From Hydrolagus affinis (taxonomy: Eukaryota), in the NCBI GenBank assembly GCA_012026655.1, contig JAAILG010000328.1, forward strand, positions 1 through 64,000: a stretch of DNA of 64,000 nt, read 5' to 3'. This document shows positions 27,246 through 42,391 of this stretch, one piece after another. Position numbers and translations under genes: made by a program. Every line of letters starts with the position of its first letter. Within the stretch, counting starts at the first letter, position 1. The notes under the pieces are model-generated. The model did no database searches. It was not told where the DNA came from and saw only the letters and a program-made list of their open reading frames with translations.

Positions 27246-29370
27246 TAGTAGATTAAAAATAATAGAAGCTGCCAGCAATGCTTTCCTTTTCCACCCGTTG
27301 CTGTGCTGGAGTTTACAGCTGGGGAAGTGCTGTATTGTGGATGAGAAGTTAGACCAAGACCCCATCTATCTGTTCTTCAGGTGGACATAAAAGATCCCAG
27401 AAAAGGGTTTCTCCCGGTCTCCTGATCAACAATCCCTTAGATTAATTGGGCATTCACCTTATAGATGTTTGCAGGATTTTGCTGGGTATAAAATTGCTGT
27501 AAAGTTTGCTTACAAAATAATACTTGATGGAATTTCTGTAAATACAATCAAATTTACATTCATATAATTCGTCTTACATCGGGAGGACATACCAGGGCGT
27601 TAACAATCCTGACTTGACGCCCAAACTGGGAGTGGGAGTTGCCGGAGAAGGGGAGGGGAAAGATGACCAAAAGTGTGGATAAGGAGATGTGGTCTTCAGA
27701 TGAACCATGAAACAGATGTGGAAGGGAAGGAGTCAGGTTGGAGGTGAAAGCCTGACAGCCGATGGTGGCGTGCCTAGGTACATGAAGCGGGCTTTATAAA
27801 GAGCTTGAGATGTTTTGATGATGATCCTTGCATTTGGAGAAGATACTATAAAATGGAAGTTTCTCCTCTTGCTTTCTTAAATCATTGTCTAGAAATATGT
27901 TGGGATCCAAATTGGAAATGGGCGAAGAGCATTTGAACACTTTAAATGAAACATAGGATGGGTTCATCATGGTTGCTCTGTTTTCCTCCTGGATACAACA
28001 AGTAGGTGGACTGTTTCTGTTTATTTTTTCACCTGGCAGATGTTCTTTTAAGAACAACAGGAAATGTTTGTTTTATACATTCTCAGTGGTGTCAACCTTA
28101 TCTTTTTGAGACTCTTGCAAAGTCTTTGGGAAAATGGAAACAAAACTATGTCACTTCAGTCAAATTTCAGGATACTGTATTACAGATTTTTTTCCAGACT
28201 GGCATCCACGGGGAGTGTTTGCAGTCTTTGCTGATCTTGCATGGTTTCCAGACCGGTGCAGACTTCTGATGAATACAAACAACTGGAAGGAAGTCTCATA
28301 TTTGCTCAATGAACAAATCTGGCATTCCATCGTGAAGCTTTGGTCTGAATCCAATTTAAAAAGAATGGAAAATGTATTAAGAATCTTCGCAGAATAGTTG
28401 GAAACTATACTAACTGTTACCTGAATGTTCCATGTAGATGCACAAGATGTTAGGGTCTCACAGTCTTCATCAGTTGAATCTTTACAGATCTGTTTCTCTG
28501 CCACTGTTTGTCATAGGAGTAAAAGCCGGCTAAGGTGTTGAAAATGGTTCAAGCTTCTGTTGGGAGAACAATTGCCAGTGACTAATTTGAACAGTAAAAT
28601 AATGCTGTGTGTGGAGTTTATTTGAAACTTTGCTTTACTTTCAAATAAACTCCACACACAGCTTTGTGTCTTCCCTGCTCTAACATGGGAATTGTGCTAT
28701 GGATATGTGAGGTCAGAGTCCCTAGATTTCAAATAACAATAGTGACTGAGTGTGCCTGCCCATCCACCCATGGGTTAACCAAAGCAGATGGCTCTTACAA
28801 TGAATTCAATGATACAAAGTTTGCGTCTTCTAGACATGGGAAGAGTTGCGATTAAAATAGTTGCAAAGAAGATTTTCTTTTCTGAGAACTGCACACCTCA
28901 ACATATTATTTTGCACCATCAGACTACATAAATGACTACATAAATGCTAACAATTCATTAGTTTGCAGTGTTCTGTCTTTGAAACTTAGTCTCCACTTCC
29001 CAGAGAACTGTGAGTGAAGTCAAGACTAAATGGCTGTATATAATTCCCAGGTTTTCCTGGCCGTTTTCTTATGCGAATGTGCCTTCCTTATTATGAGAAT
29101 GAACAGTGCACTTTATTGATCGAAAGCGTCTGTGTTTCACATGCAATTTGAAAGTTCCACATTCTTCTTAACTGATTACACCATTATCATCCTAGTCATG
29201 TCTTCGTTTTCAGGAAATAAGTGAGATCTATGTAACAGTATTTTTCTGAATCCAATGTGAATTTTCTGTATATAATAATGTGCTTTAAGTGTACAGATCC
29301 TTTTGAAGCTTGACAAAGCGTTGCTCAGACTATCTAGTACCCATCTTGTGTACCTGTTTTTGGAATGTAA

Positions 29371-29703
<333 letters not shown>

Positions 29704-30454
29704 TGAGGTCATTTCCATGTAAGATTTACTAGTCAACTTTTGAAGTGTTAATATGAAAATAAGTGAAGAACAAATAAGACAAGTTGTGGTTCTGATTTGT
29801 AAGCAGCTAGTTTCTCACTGCATGCAGAAGTTGTATGTGCACTATTCTTAATTCACATGGGATATACAGCTAAATAAATGCTGAAAAAATGGATTAGGTT
29901 ACACTGCTCACATAAGAGTCAGCAAAAATAACAGCAGAAGTATTCTGTTTGGCATAGAGTGTATGAGCAACATTAGATTTAATGTTGCAAAATACATTTA
30001 GAAGCTTCAAACGTCTCAGTGATGAGATGTCTTGAGAACTGAGGAGATTGTAGTAAATGTTCCTTATGTGTTCAAAACAAGAATCACAGCAACTTCAAGA
30101 TATTCTTCTTTCTGTTCGGATTTCTGGCGTGAGCAAATGAGCAAAACAGGATCAACAAAGTGTGGTTTGTATTTGTATTGGCACAGTTCAAAGCTTGCCC
30201 TCATATTCAGTGTAGCCAATACAGCCACAAGTTGTAATCCTTTGCCAAAAAAATTATAATTTGGGGAAGGTATACCTGCATCCTACAGGCTAGGCTGGAT
30301 TGCCAGTGAGGAAGAGATCAAGTTGTTGGCTTGTCCCTCTACAACAGTGGTGAAATAGATTGAAGTAACTATTCCTACACATCCAAGTTGTCATTTAAAT
30401 CAGATCTTGATATGTTAATAGATTATTTAATAGTTAATAGATTATTCCCAGACG

Positions 30455-30925
30455 TGGCAAAACCTTAACACAGGTTTCCTTGCACCACATGCCTCGGTTA
30501 ACTTAGCGGTAAGTAGGAACCTGGTTATTTGTCGAATGGGGATCACTTTCTGGGGGAGTAATAATTCCTCAAAAAATATTAAAAATTTGGTCACTCAATT
30601 CATGAATGTTGTGGGACACTGCTGTATGCAATTTTGCCCACAAACTGCAGTCAGTTCAATCTACAATATATTCTGTATATATATATATATATTCCTTGCA
30701 TTTTATTATAGTGCTTTTCACGTCTTCTAGACGTCGTAAAGCTCTTCACAGAATAAACTGTAAAGTGAATTGACTGTATATTTGTGGGCGAAATGCGGCA
30801 GCCAATTGTGCACTCCCACAAACAGTCACGGATTAAAATGACCAATTTTTTTGATTAATTTTTTTTGAGGGGAGGGATTATTATTAGGCGTGTGGAGTAA
30901 GGAAACTTGCCTACGGTTTCGCCGT
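30455..30925. mobile_element. Tail-to-tail SINE pair (long variant plus, short variant minus)
   Basis: Family motifs on both strands meeting at a (TA)n tract near 30680. Confidence 0.78.
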
Positions 30926-32564
30926 GACGAAGCGCTTTGAGAAGTCTCGATGACATGATGATCTGCAAATGCAAGGATTATTATTATTTCTGCTGACGGC
31001 GTGCATGTGCGGATGTGCCACCAAACATACCAAAAATATCACGGTTGAGGCGGTGTGAATGTCACTGGCGCTGCACTCTTCAACCCACCTAGAGGAATTG
31101 GTTCAGCAAAAGTACGACATGCGTCCATCAAATCAATGAAAGGGCATTGCACTGGGCTGACTGCCCCATGGACTCCCATCAAAAGATCTCAGATGTTGAG
31201 GAATTCTAAAGTGACCTCCTGTTTACTATCTCTTTATTGCTGGAAATAGTGGCCTCAGTTCATAAGAGCAACATGAGATCCAATGGGTGTGGATTGATGA
31301 AATATACTTCTGGATCCCTTTCAGTGTCAGACTACAACAACCACAAAATTACATTTATAGAGCGCCTTTCATGTCGGGAGGACTTCCTAAGGCGCTGACT
31401 AGTTTGTATTGCTGCTGCTTTACCTATTCACAGCAGCTCAGTCATCCCTTCAAGACACATGGGATGTGCGGCCCGTGTAGCTAGCACCAGATTGGCATCT
31501 GTATTCTTTATGGAAGAAAGGATCTGCATTCTAAACCAAATGTCACGTTGTGTTTCTTTCAGCTGCCTTACACACAGTGATCTCGCTTTGGTTTGCTTGA
31601 TTTTTGAACTCCTTGTTAAAGGCTTGAGGCAGATGTATTAAGGTTAATGATATCTGTTAAAGATGCCTTCAATGAATCTCATGCATATTTTGTGTATCAG
31701 TTACTTCTCCATCATGCCTCCAAATATTTTTAAATTAAACCCATCTGTTGTCAGTTATTCTGTTCCGATGCAGGGCAAGTGTAAGAGGGAAATGAATGGT
31801 AAGCATACCATTACGCAAAGATATACTATAGTTGTAAGTAAAAGGGTCCAGTCAAAATATTGATTCTATAGTTTAATAAAGATTTGGGGTTATATTCTGG
31901 ATATTGGTTTAATTTCACATCCTAATCTATTTTTTCTTTCAATAAATCCTAACATTAGTAATAGAAGATTGGAAAGGTCTTGTTTTCTTTCTCTCAACCT
32001 GTCCCAGTAATGACTTTTCTCCCCATTTCTGTTGCTACCTTCATGAGAATTGGACGTGAGGAATAATTATTTGGGATTGGGTGTTTGGGACTCATGGTTT
32101 GACCCAAATTAAATGTTCTCCCTCTCCAGCCCAAACTCAAATAAGCTTTAACTATTGCACTTTTAGAAATTGTTGGAGTAAAATCGTAGTGTTGGAGGTA
32201 ATATTGAATGATGGGGCTAACATTCTAGAGGTTTTAAACCTTTTCTGCACAACCTAGAGTGAGTATAGTGCTTCTTTCTTGCTCCCAAAATATCTTTGCC
32301 TGTTGATACGTTCTTTGTGCATAAATATGCACAACATATTTGTAGGTTTAGCAATCTGTTTTCAAAATGTCCCCTCCACCAAGTCAAATATCATAAATGG
32401 TCATTAAATTGTGACCAGGTTGGACTGGTTAGACCTAAATAGTAATTAAAACATGATTTCGTTTTTTTTAAACAAAAAAGCATGATTTTGTATCATCTGT
32501 GTAGTTGTGCAATTTACCAGCTGAACAGTGTAGCTAAGCTGAATTATTTTTTTTACTTGGTTAA

Positions 32565-32876
<312 letters not shown>

Positions 32877-32954
32877 TAAGATTGAATTAGTTACATTATT
32901 TCTACATGGTAAAGTGAAGATTTCCCATCTTCAAGAATTTACCACTTTTATTTT

Positions 32955-33520
32955 GTCAGTCGGGTGTCTGAAACATGTGGAAACTCATCGCCATGCTTAC
33001 AATTATCCAAACTAAAAATGAGAATTTCCACCTACACATGGAAATTCAAGAGATTGTTGGAAGTGAATCTGCATGGATGCATCCTGTTTACTTAATTCCA
33101 GAAAGTAATAGTTGCGGGTTGGTAAGAGCCAAGGAACGGTGACCCCAGATTGTGCCATGGGGTATTGCTGGAGTCTGACTAGCTAAAAGCATATCAATTT
33201 TGTCCAACTCTTTGTCTAACTATGACCAACTTACCTGTTAGGGCAAAAACAGAAGTTGCTGGGAAAACTCAGCAGGTCAGGCAGCATCCATGGAGAGAGG
33301 AAAGTGAGTCAACGTTTTGGGTCCACGACCCTTCGTCAGACGAAACGTTGACTTTCCTTTCTCCATGGATGCTGCCTGACCTGCTGAGTTTTCCCAGCAA
33401 CTTCTGTTTTTGTTTCAGATTTCCAGCATCTGTAGTATTTTGTGTTTTGTTACCTGTTAAGGCGTTGGCTTGCAGATTCAGCAGGAGCTGACGGGGAGGA
33501 TTCCTTGCCCCCAGCGACAG
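32955..33520 (+). repeat. Old unclassified dispersed repeat (other copies about 4640-4720 minus, 25255-25620 plus, 42710-43230 plus, 57355-57600 minus)
   Basis: Shared motifs atccaaac, ccacctacacatggaaatt, aattcyrgaaagta, gaccccaga, ggcttgcag...caggagctga, in the same order. Confidence 0.7.
33245..33449. mobile_element. Fold-back Penelope derivative in TGFBR1 intron 5
   Basis: Near-perfect inverted arms of about 70 bp; 14-bp TSD ttacctgttagggc (33231-33244) / ttacctgttaaggc (33450-33463). Confidence 0.92.
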
Positions 33521-34254
33521 CTATGCCTCCCCGAGTCCTGCCAGTGAGCCAGGCTGGCAGTGTTGTCATCAGCAGTGCCCTGGAGTCTTGCTCAGAGGGA
33601 TGGCTCAATACTGACATTCCATTGCCAAACATCTCACCTTGGAGCCGGCTCAGCGACCCCCCCCCCCCCCTCCCGAACAATAAACAATCCTGACTGTTCA
33701 TAGGACTCTGCTGTGTAATCGGCTTCTGCGTTTTGCACATAAATTCACATTAATTCATTCTGCAAAATGCTTTGAGACATCCTGAAGACATGAAAAGCGC
33801 GATCTCAAATGCAAGGATTATTATTGTATATTATTATATAAATTTGATTTGTATAGTGCTCTTATTGTGAAGTAATGTCTACAAAAATGCAAGGATTAAT
33901 TTGCAAAAAGCTGCAGCACAGAAATGGGCTACTCACCCCAACTAGTCAATTTAAACTCCCTTCCATAGCCTTTCATTCCCCAGTCTTGTGTGAAAGTATA
34001 GCTTCCTTTTGAATTAATCTATACGATCAAAGTGATGTCTGGGAGAATTTGATCAACTATATGTGTGATGAAGTTTGAAATTCACAATGTGGAGATTTGT
34101 TTCTTTGAACACAATGCATTGCAACGCAGCAAGAATCCTCTGGTGGTATTTGGAAAGCCAAGGCTACCGATGTACATGTGCATCAAATCCAATCCCTAGA
34201 AGAAACTTCAAGCTGAATTGTTTAGTTTTGCTCTTGTTTGAACATGAAAACTGA

Positions 34255-34449
<195 letters not shown>

Positions 34450-34776
34450 TAAAGTGTCTGTCTGTAATTTCTTCGGATGTAGTTTCAATTATCTTTTCCC
34501 TGCTGTAACAATCTGTAAAATAGCTATAAAAAAAATTGTTCCTGCTTTGTAAGTGTCATCATGGATTTTTCATTGTTACTCTGTTCCTTTTGTTTTACTG
34601 CTACGAAAATAACTGTTATTCACTGAATCAATGATTTAGGGTGAACAAATTCCAAACAAACTGTCAAGACCTCGATAAAACCTGCTTGGATTTAGATTTA
34701 AATGAAAGTACTCTTGATCTGTGTTTAGCCTTAATGTTTCATACTTTTCAGTATGTGTCAATTTAATTTCTCCTGA

Positions 34777-34941
<165 letters not shown>

Positions 34942-35144
34942 TGAAAATAGCATTTAAAAAGGAAATGTTCTCAATGTCCCACCTTCATGATGTATATGCA
35001 TAATTCCCTAGTTTTCTGTTTGTGGTTCTCGCATGTAGTAAGTAGCCCACCAATTGGAGATGGTATTTAGCGATATAATTCAACAGAATTCATAATTGTG
35101 CATGCATATTTAACAATTCCAATCCTGCTTTAATTTTAATGATA

Positions 35145-35896
<752 letters not shown>

Positions 35897-36361
35897 TGAA
35901 AAGTAGTTGATGGTTTGGTGTGTTGTGTGCTTGGATTCACATCCAGAAATTTATATATATATATATATGTGTGTTTATGTATATATTACATGTGTATATG
36001 TGTATTATATATACAAATAATATATTTAAAAAAGAAAGGCGGAGGGGAGATAGAAAATACTATAAATTAACCTCACCTTGCTGCCATTTTAGTCAGTGAA
36101 GTTTTCACTTCCTTTATTGTATGAAGACTTTGTTTTGAGCTGCAACCTCACTTAGAATCATGGAATTATACAGCACAGAAGAAGGCCATTCGACCCATCC
36201 TGTCTGTGCCGGCTCTTTGAAAAGAGCTGTCCAATTCTACTCCCCTGCATTCTCCCCTTTGCCCTGCAAACCTGTCCTTCCCAATTAACTATCTACTTCT
36301 CTCTTAAATGTTGTTATGGAATCGGCTTCAACTTCCATTTTATAATTGAGATAATTTATCA

Positions 36362-36985
36362 CACAACAACAAAATTACATTTATAGAGTGCCTTTCACAT
36401 CAGGAGGATGTCCCAAGGCGCTGAACAGTCAGGTCGGGACCCAAGCAAGGGAGAAGGGCAGGGTCGGGGGGAGGGGCGGGAGAGAGTTACGAAGGGAGGG
36501 AGAGAGAGAGTTAGAAGGGCAGCAGAAGGCACGGTTGAAGTGGAGGGTCTTGAGACCAGCTTTGAAGGAGGCAAGGGAGGGGGCGAGGCGAAGGGACTGT
36601 GGGATGGGGTTCCAGGGTGTGGGGGCAGAGAGGCTGAAAGCCCGTCCGCCGATGGTAGGGCATGCCGGGTGCGGGTCGTAGAGCAGACTGGAGCCCGCTG
36701 AATAGAGGAGGCAGGCAGGTTCATAGGGGGACAGCAAGTTGGAGAGGTGGGTGGTGGGGGGCGGCAAGGTCATGTATGGCCTTGAAGGTGAGGACGATGA
36801 TCTTGAATTTGATCCTCTGGGGGATGGGGAGCCAATAGACCTGGGCGAGGGTGGGAGTGATGTGGTTGGGAGCTTGGTGTGGGTGAGGACACGAGCTGCA
36901 GAGTTCTGAATGATCTGCAGCTTGTGAAGGGAAGAACCAGGAAGGCCAACGAGGATGGAGTTTCCAAAGTCAAGCCTTGGATGTG
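36362..36985 (-). mobile_element. 5'-truncated L2 LINE in TGFBR1 intron 8, antisense
   Basis: caacaacaaaattacatttatagagtgcctttcac is the reverse complement of the family tail; minus ORF PTIGGRAFSLSAPTPWNPIPQSLRLAPSLASFKAGLKTLHF. Confidence 0.92.
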
Positions 36986-37124
36986 ATAATCACATCATTG
37001 AATCAAGTGTTTGAATTATCCAGCTCACATGTTAGTCAGTAGTTGATGGGAATGTTCGGAGTGGCATCTTGTTGGTCTTGCCACGAATTGCAGTGTGACG
37101 CTAGAAGGTGTTCTCTTCACATAA

Positions 37125-37271
<147 letters not shown>

Positions 37272-37350
37272 ACCCAGATACAGAACTGAGTGATTTGACC
37301 TGGATGACATTGCACCTGGATTGCAGTTTTATTTGGAAGGGATTCTTGTT

Positions 37351-37358
37351 CTACCTCA
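37351..37358 (+). promoter_or_regulatory. let-7 8mer target site (CTACCTCA)
   Basis: Exact 8mer 80 nt after the stop, in the context ttgttCTACCTCA. A let-7 site near the start of the mammalian TGFBR1 3'UTR is recalled. Confidence 0.75.
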
Positions 37359-39411
37359 TCGAGGGAGCAGATGATGGATCACACTGCCTGTACCACCTGA
37401 TGAAAACGACACCATATTTTATACACTACATAGGAAAATTCCACCATGCGTGACTGCATAATGGACATACTGCTGAGATGGGCTGTGTGCTCTACTCTAT
37501 GCACTGAACACCACCTTCCCAGAACGTTGGCAAGATATGATATAGCTTAGTTTTTTTTAAACATTTAACTTGATAAAGAAAGTTTTATTATTGGTCTTAA
37601 CATTAGAAAAGCTGGAACACATTTAAGCCTTTATCATCACCACCCCAGTATGTTGGAGTTATCTATCGGTAACGGGGGCTGACTCTATGAATGGGTAACA
37701 TTTTAGTGCAAGTCACGGTATTACACAATTAAAGGGGACCGTTCATCCCAGGGTCGGTACTAGTTTTCCTGCTTATCTATTCAACTTTGTCAGGTTTTAA
37801 TTTTGATGCCTCTGTTTTCACTTTGTGCGTTACGATCAGGCTTTGAGTCTAAGCATTTTACTCCCAATTGATCTGAAGAATACCTGCAAATTGGCCATTT
37901 TAACTTGTGCGGCATGACAACAAAAATCACTCTTCTGAGCAAAATCCTGAGGCATAGTTGCATAATGGGGTGCAAATTACGGAGATCGCAGCAGTTTTCT
38001 TTAAGGAAACCAGATGTACATCACAACAATCTGTGGGAGCTCCCCGTGTATTGGTATACTCTCAGAGCACAATTCCTGTAGGTCATTCTGATAGACTTCC
38101 AGTTACCAGACAGAGCTTCCTACTTGAGTTTTCCTAATTTAAGAAACTGTTTTTAACATTGCTGCCCTTTAAACGCCATTGCAGCTAGTTTCTGGTTGTG
38201 TTCAAAAGGTAATGATTGTTGGCAGTTTCTCAAGACAAGTACACCCAGTTGCCAGTAAGTGCCAGCACCTCTTCAATGACACATGGATGAGTTCTACCTT
38301 AGAAACTGGATGAGAGGCAGGGATTTGAGTTAATTGCTAGGTACGACTTCAGTTTTCAGTATTATTCAGATAATGTTTGCACTCATCTTATTTGCAGTTG
38401 TCAGGTTTTTATACATCTAATCTCAGAATTGGGTTATGCTAAGGAAGTACATTATTTTTGGGTTGTGCTTACAAGCCACTGTAAATATTTTCCTCCACAT
38501 ATACTTTTTAACCAAATAATGAATGTGATGCTTTTAATTAACTCTGATGTCCAGAAACAATAAATGTAGCAAATTTCGAGCAATCCCAACATAAACCAGT
38601 TTTCTCCTTAGTTTTATGTATAAATACCTTTTAATATCCTGATGCATTAATACATTTTTTGTATTCTATTAAATCATCTTTCAGCTATATCAAAATACTT
38701 CAGTTCTGAAGCCAGTTATAAAACAATTTTGGTTTGGAACAGTAGCTACTGAAACACTTGTATGTTGAGTCATTAGTTGACTGTCCAGCGCCTTGGGATG
38801 TCCTCCCAACGTGAAAAGCGCTAAACAAATGTAATTGTTGTTGATGTTAGATAATTAATTTTAATAATTTTGAAAAAGATGAGCTAAATGTTGCCCTCAG
38901 AATCATGTTTTATGGGATCATCAACATCTAACTATAGACTTCACATGTCTTGAAACATTAAAAAATATATATTTTATCTAGTTCAGATGGTTGCTGTTCA
39001 ATTTTTATTCAGCAAAAGTTGCCATGTTTTCTCATTGGCTCTCAGAGCCTTAGCGCTATTGAGTTTTTGAGCGTGCGTTTGCAGGAGGGAAGAAGATCGC
39101 TTCAGATAAAACTCATCAATATTTTCAAAGTGACTATCTGAGTTGAAGGTTTTTATAGCTAACTTATTCAGAATTTAATGCTGTAGCTCATTATTAAATC
39201 CCAATAGCTTTTTACACTGTAATGTTGACTGGCGCTCTGCTTTTCCCCAAAGTCTGCAGTGTAGACTACTGCCTCATTTTCGTTTGCACAAAAGCCATAA
39301 CATGCCTTATATTGCGTATGCTACTACTGGTTTTCTGTTCAGCACAAATTTAAAAGTGAGGCTAATAGGCTTTGAATTGATACTAGCTTGAATTCTGCAT
39401 GTTCTGTTTAA

Positions 39412-39752
39412 GTGGAGCTCCTGTGGCTCAGTGGTTAAAGCACTTGTCTTACAAGCTGGGGAGACCAAGCTGGGGAGACCTGTTCAAATCCAGGCAGGTC
39501 AGGGCGAAACCTTGGGCAAGTTTCCTTACTCCACACACCTAATAATAATCCCTCCAAAAAAACCACAATAATAAAATTGGTCATTTCAATCCACGAACTG
39601 TGTGTGGGACACTGCTGTGCGCAATTGGCTGCCGTGATTCGTCCACAAATATATACAGTCAATTCACTTCACAGAATATTCTGTGAAGTGCTTTGGGATG
39701 TCAATAAGATGTGAAAGCGCTATATCAAATGCAAGGATTATTATTATATTAT
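39412..39752 (+). mobile_element. Full-length SINE inside the putative TGFBR1 3'UTR
   Basis: Colinear with the family; carries a tandem caagctggggagac duplication. Confidence 0.9.
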
Positions 39753-41510
39753 CTAAGTGTGACTTGGGAAGCAGATTTTCAGTTATTATTATGTTAATTT
39801 CTGAGGTAATATGTTATAGCTTCCTTAATTTGTATGTGTGCTTGAAGGAAAACTTTGCAGATGTGCTGATTAACTGGTAATTTATCAAATATTCAGACAT
39901 TCAGTGCAAATCGTGGACTCAGCATCTCTTAAAATAAACCCAAAGCAAGTGTTTCTATTGAGGGATTTCAACAAAAACCAGCATTGTAATGAAGTTGTAA
40001 TCTGACAATTCCTGATTTCTGTGAATTTTGGCGAGCGGCATTTCTTTGACTACCGAATCAGTTGTGCCAAAGTGTATTTTGTATTACATTAAAGTTAAAT
40101 GTAAAAAAAAAATTGGATTCACTTTAACTAGTTCATCACGAAGGATAGTCTTGGTTTGTAGATTAAATAAAGTTTGGGTTATTTTTTTAAAAAGAAACTG
40201 TAGGACATAGTTTGTGTTTGTGTTGCTAGTATGTATTAGGTTGAAGCCTACTACTACAAAGGGATACCTAGTGTAGAAAAAACGGAACAAATAACAGTAT
40301 AGAAAATGTTGGATTTACCTGTGTACTGGTATAAATCCATGTGTTTTCTTGTGCGTATAATCCAAATGTGTATGGTTTCCTTGTTGAAAAACAGTATTAT
40401 AATGCAAGTGGTGAAGGCACTTGAAACAAGTGGCAAAACTAAAATCATTAGTCAAAATATGTAGTAGCATTTTATGCTTTCAAGGGTACTCTTTGAGAAT
40501 TAGCATTCCTGAAAATATTGATATAGGTGTAGTATGTAACACAGAACGAACATCCTATAGATTAATTCCCATGTGTCAGGCTGAGGCGGAGATGAATGAG
40601 TGCATTTCCCCCTAAAATAATCCCTTTGTAATCTGTAATGTGTTTGTAAGTGTGCATATTGAAAGTGTTTACTATTATGATGAATTTGCCCAGCAAGATT
40701 GTAGAAATCTGCAAATAACACTACTGCATACATTATATTGAACTTCCAATTTTTAAATCAAATTGTTCAAGATTTTGGGGTTGAGAGCCATAACCTGCTC
40801 CTTTTAGAACAGTCCCTCTTACAATATCTTTTACCATACAGTCCTTATGGGAATCTGAGATTAAATTGTTCTGCGGTTGAAGCATACAGATTTTTTTTTA
40901 ATATTGCAATTTGTTTTAAAGATACCTCCTGAATGACCAAGTTCTGTTTACCTCATTATGTATATACTGATAGTTTTCAATAACTCGGAAGGTTTGTGTG
41001 TTGATTTATATAAAATGTGGATACTGTAATGATAACTTTTTTAAAACCCTGCATCTGTCCATGGTACTGAACAGTGTATTGTGTATGTATTATGTGCCCA
41101 GCTTATTGTATGCTAGTTATATTCCTTTTTGCAGTGTGTATAAAATTCCCTTCTACTCTAGGATCGATAAAAGGCTGCTCTTGTGATTATTTTCCTCTTT
41201 GGGCAAAGTTGTGTAGTTGGAAGTATGTATTTTATTTTTTTTGTGGGGTGGGTGGGGGGGAGGGGTGGGCGGCAAAGGGAGAGAAGAATATATACTCAAG
41301 CAAGTACATACAGGGATACAGCATATGAGTTTTCTTCCTAAGATTGCATTATCAAATCATGTATTTTCTCCCCAAGTCTTCTGAAAACTATGTATAGTCT
41401 TTTGTACAATATACAAAGATAGCAAAGATGGGTGATGCTAGGTATTGAAATGAGGCTGACTTGCTGAAAGTCATTATACCCAATTGAAAATACACATAAC
41501 AGAATCAGAA

Positions 41511-41516
41511 AATAAA
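41511..41516 (+). terminator. Candidate distal polyadenylation signal of TGFBR1
   Basis: AATAAA followed by GT/T-rich tracts (tgtgttc..., tttattgttttttctctttc); repeat density rises just downstream. Confidence 0.5.
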
Positions 41517-42391
41517 ATTGTGTTCATCTTCATATTAATGGATGAATTCTGAATGCGTGATTTATTGTTTTTTCTCTTTCCCCAGAAGCAAAGCACTTGA
41601 TTTTGCTGTTCCTAACATAAATTTTTATTTTTTCTTAAATTGTAAAAGCTTCAAACTGAAATCTTTTGAATAATACCTACCTACAGGAGGCAACTTGGTA
41701 AACCCTTCACAAAAATGCTTCAAAGTTATTTTGTGAGTACTATTTCCACTCACAGAATGGTGTGGAACTTCAATCTTCTGTTTGACTTTCAACTATATTT
41801 TAAAAATCACATATGTGTTCTGACCCCGTTTAGTTTTTGCCATATCAGCAGGTTGAGTTCAAGATATTCATACTAACCTTGCAATCCCTCCCAAGATCTT
41901 GCTCCATCCTACCGCTTGGGACCTCCTCAAACCCCTTCCTCTTTGACCACACCTTTGGCCCCCTACCACCTCAGTTTTTAACCATATTGGGTTCAAACCC
42001 TGGACTAGCACCTTGGAACATCCTCTTGGCATGAAGGGTGCTATATGTAAATTTGTATTGGATTTTCATTTCCACTTTGGCAAAAAATGACTAGTCCTCT
42101 TTTCCTGGTCCTCATTGTTGGGGCTGGAGAAACGGCTTCTCTATGTTTCAGCTAGAAGGGCTGTTGCATATTATTTCTGCAGGTCTCCCATCTCTCAAAA
42201 ATGGCTTGTGGCTTCTTTTGCGCAAGAGCCAAGGTGGTACAGCCTCCAAATAGTGTAGAACAGAAGGAATCCTCTATTGTGATAACCAAGCAGGTAAAAA
42301 TCTCTTGTGGTTTACTAAAATTTTATATATTTTTTAGTAATTTGTGGCTAGCCTAGTGTCTTGACACAAGTGAAAACTCACAACTCATGAT

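Larger units (their letters stand above)
37272..41540 (+). other. TGFBR1: Putative long TGFBR1 3'UTR
   Basis: AT-rich, relatively repeat-poor sequence after the stop, with miRNA seed matches. AATAAA at 38559 and 41511, with others in between. The 3' end is inferred. Confidence 0.6.
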
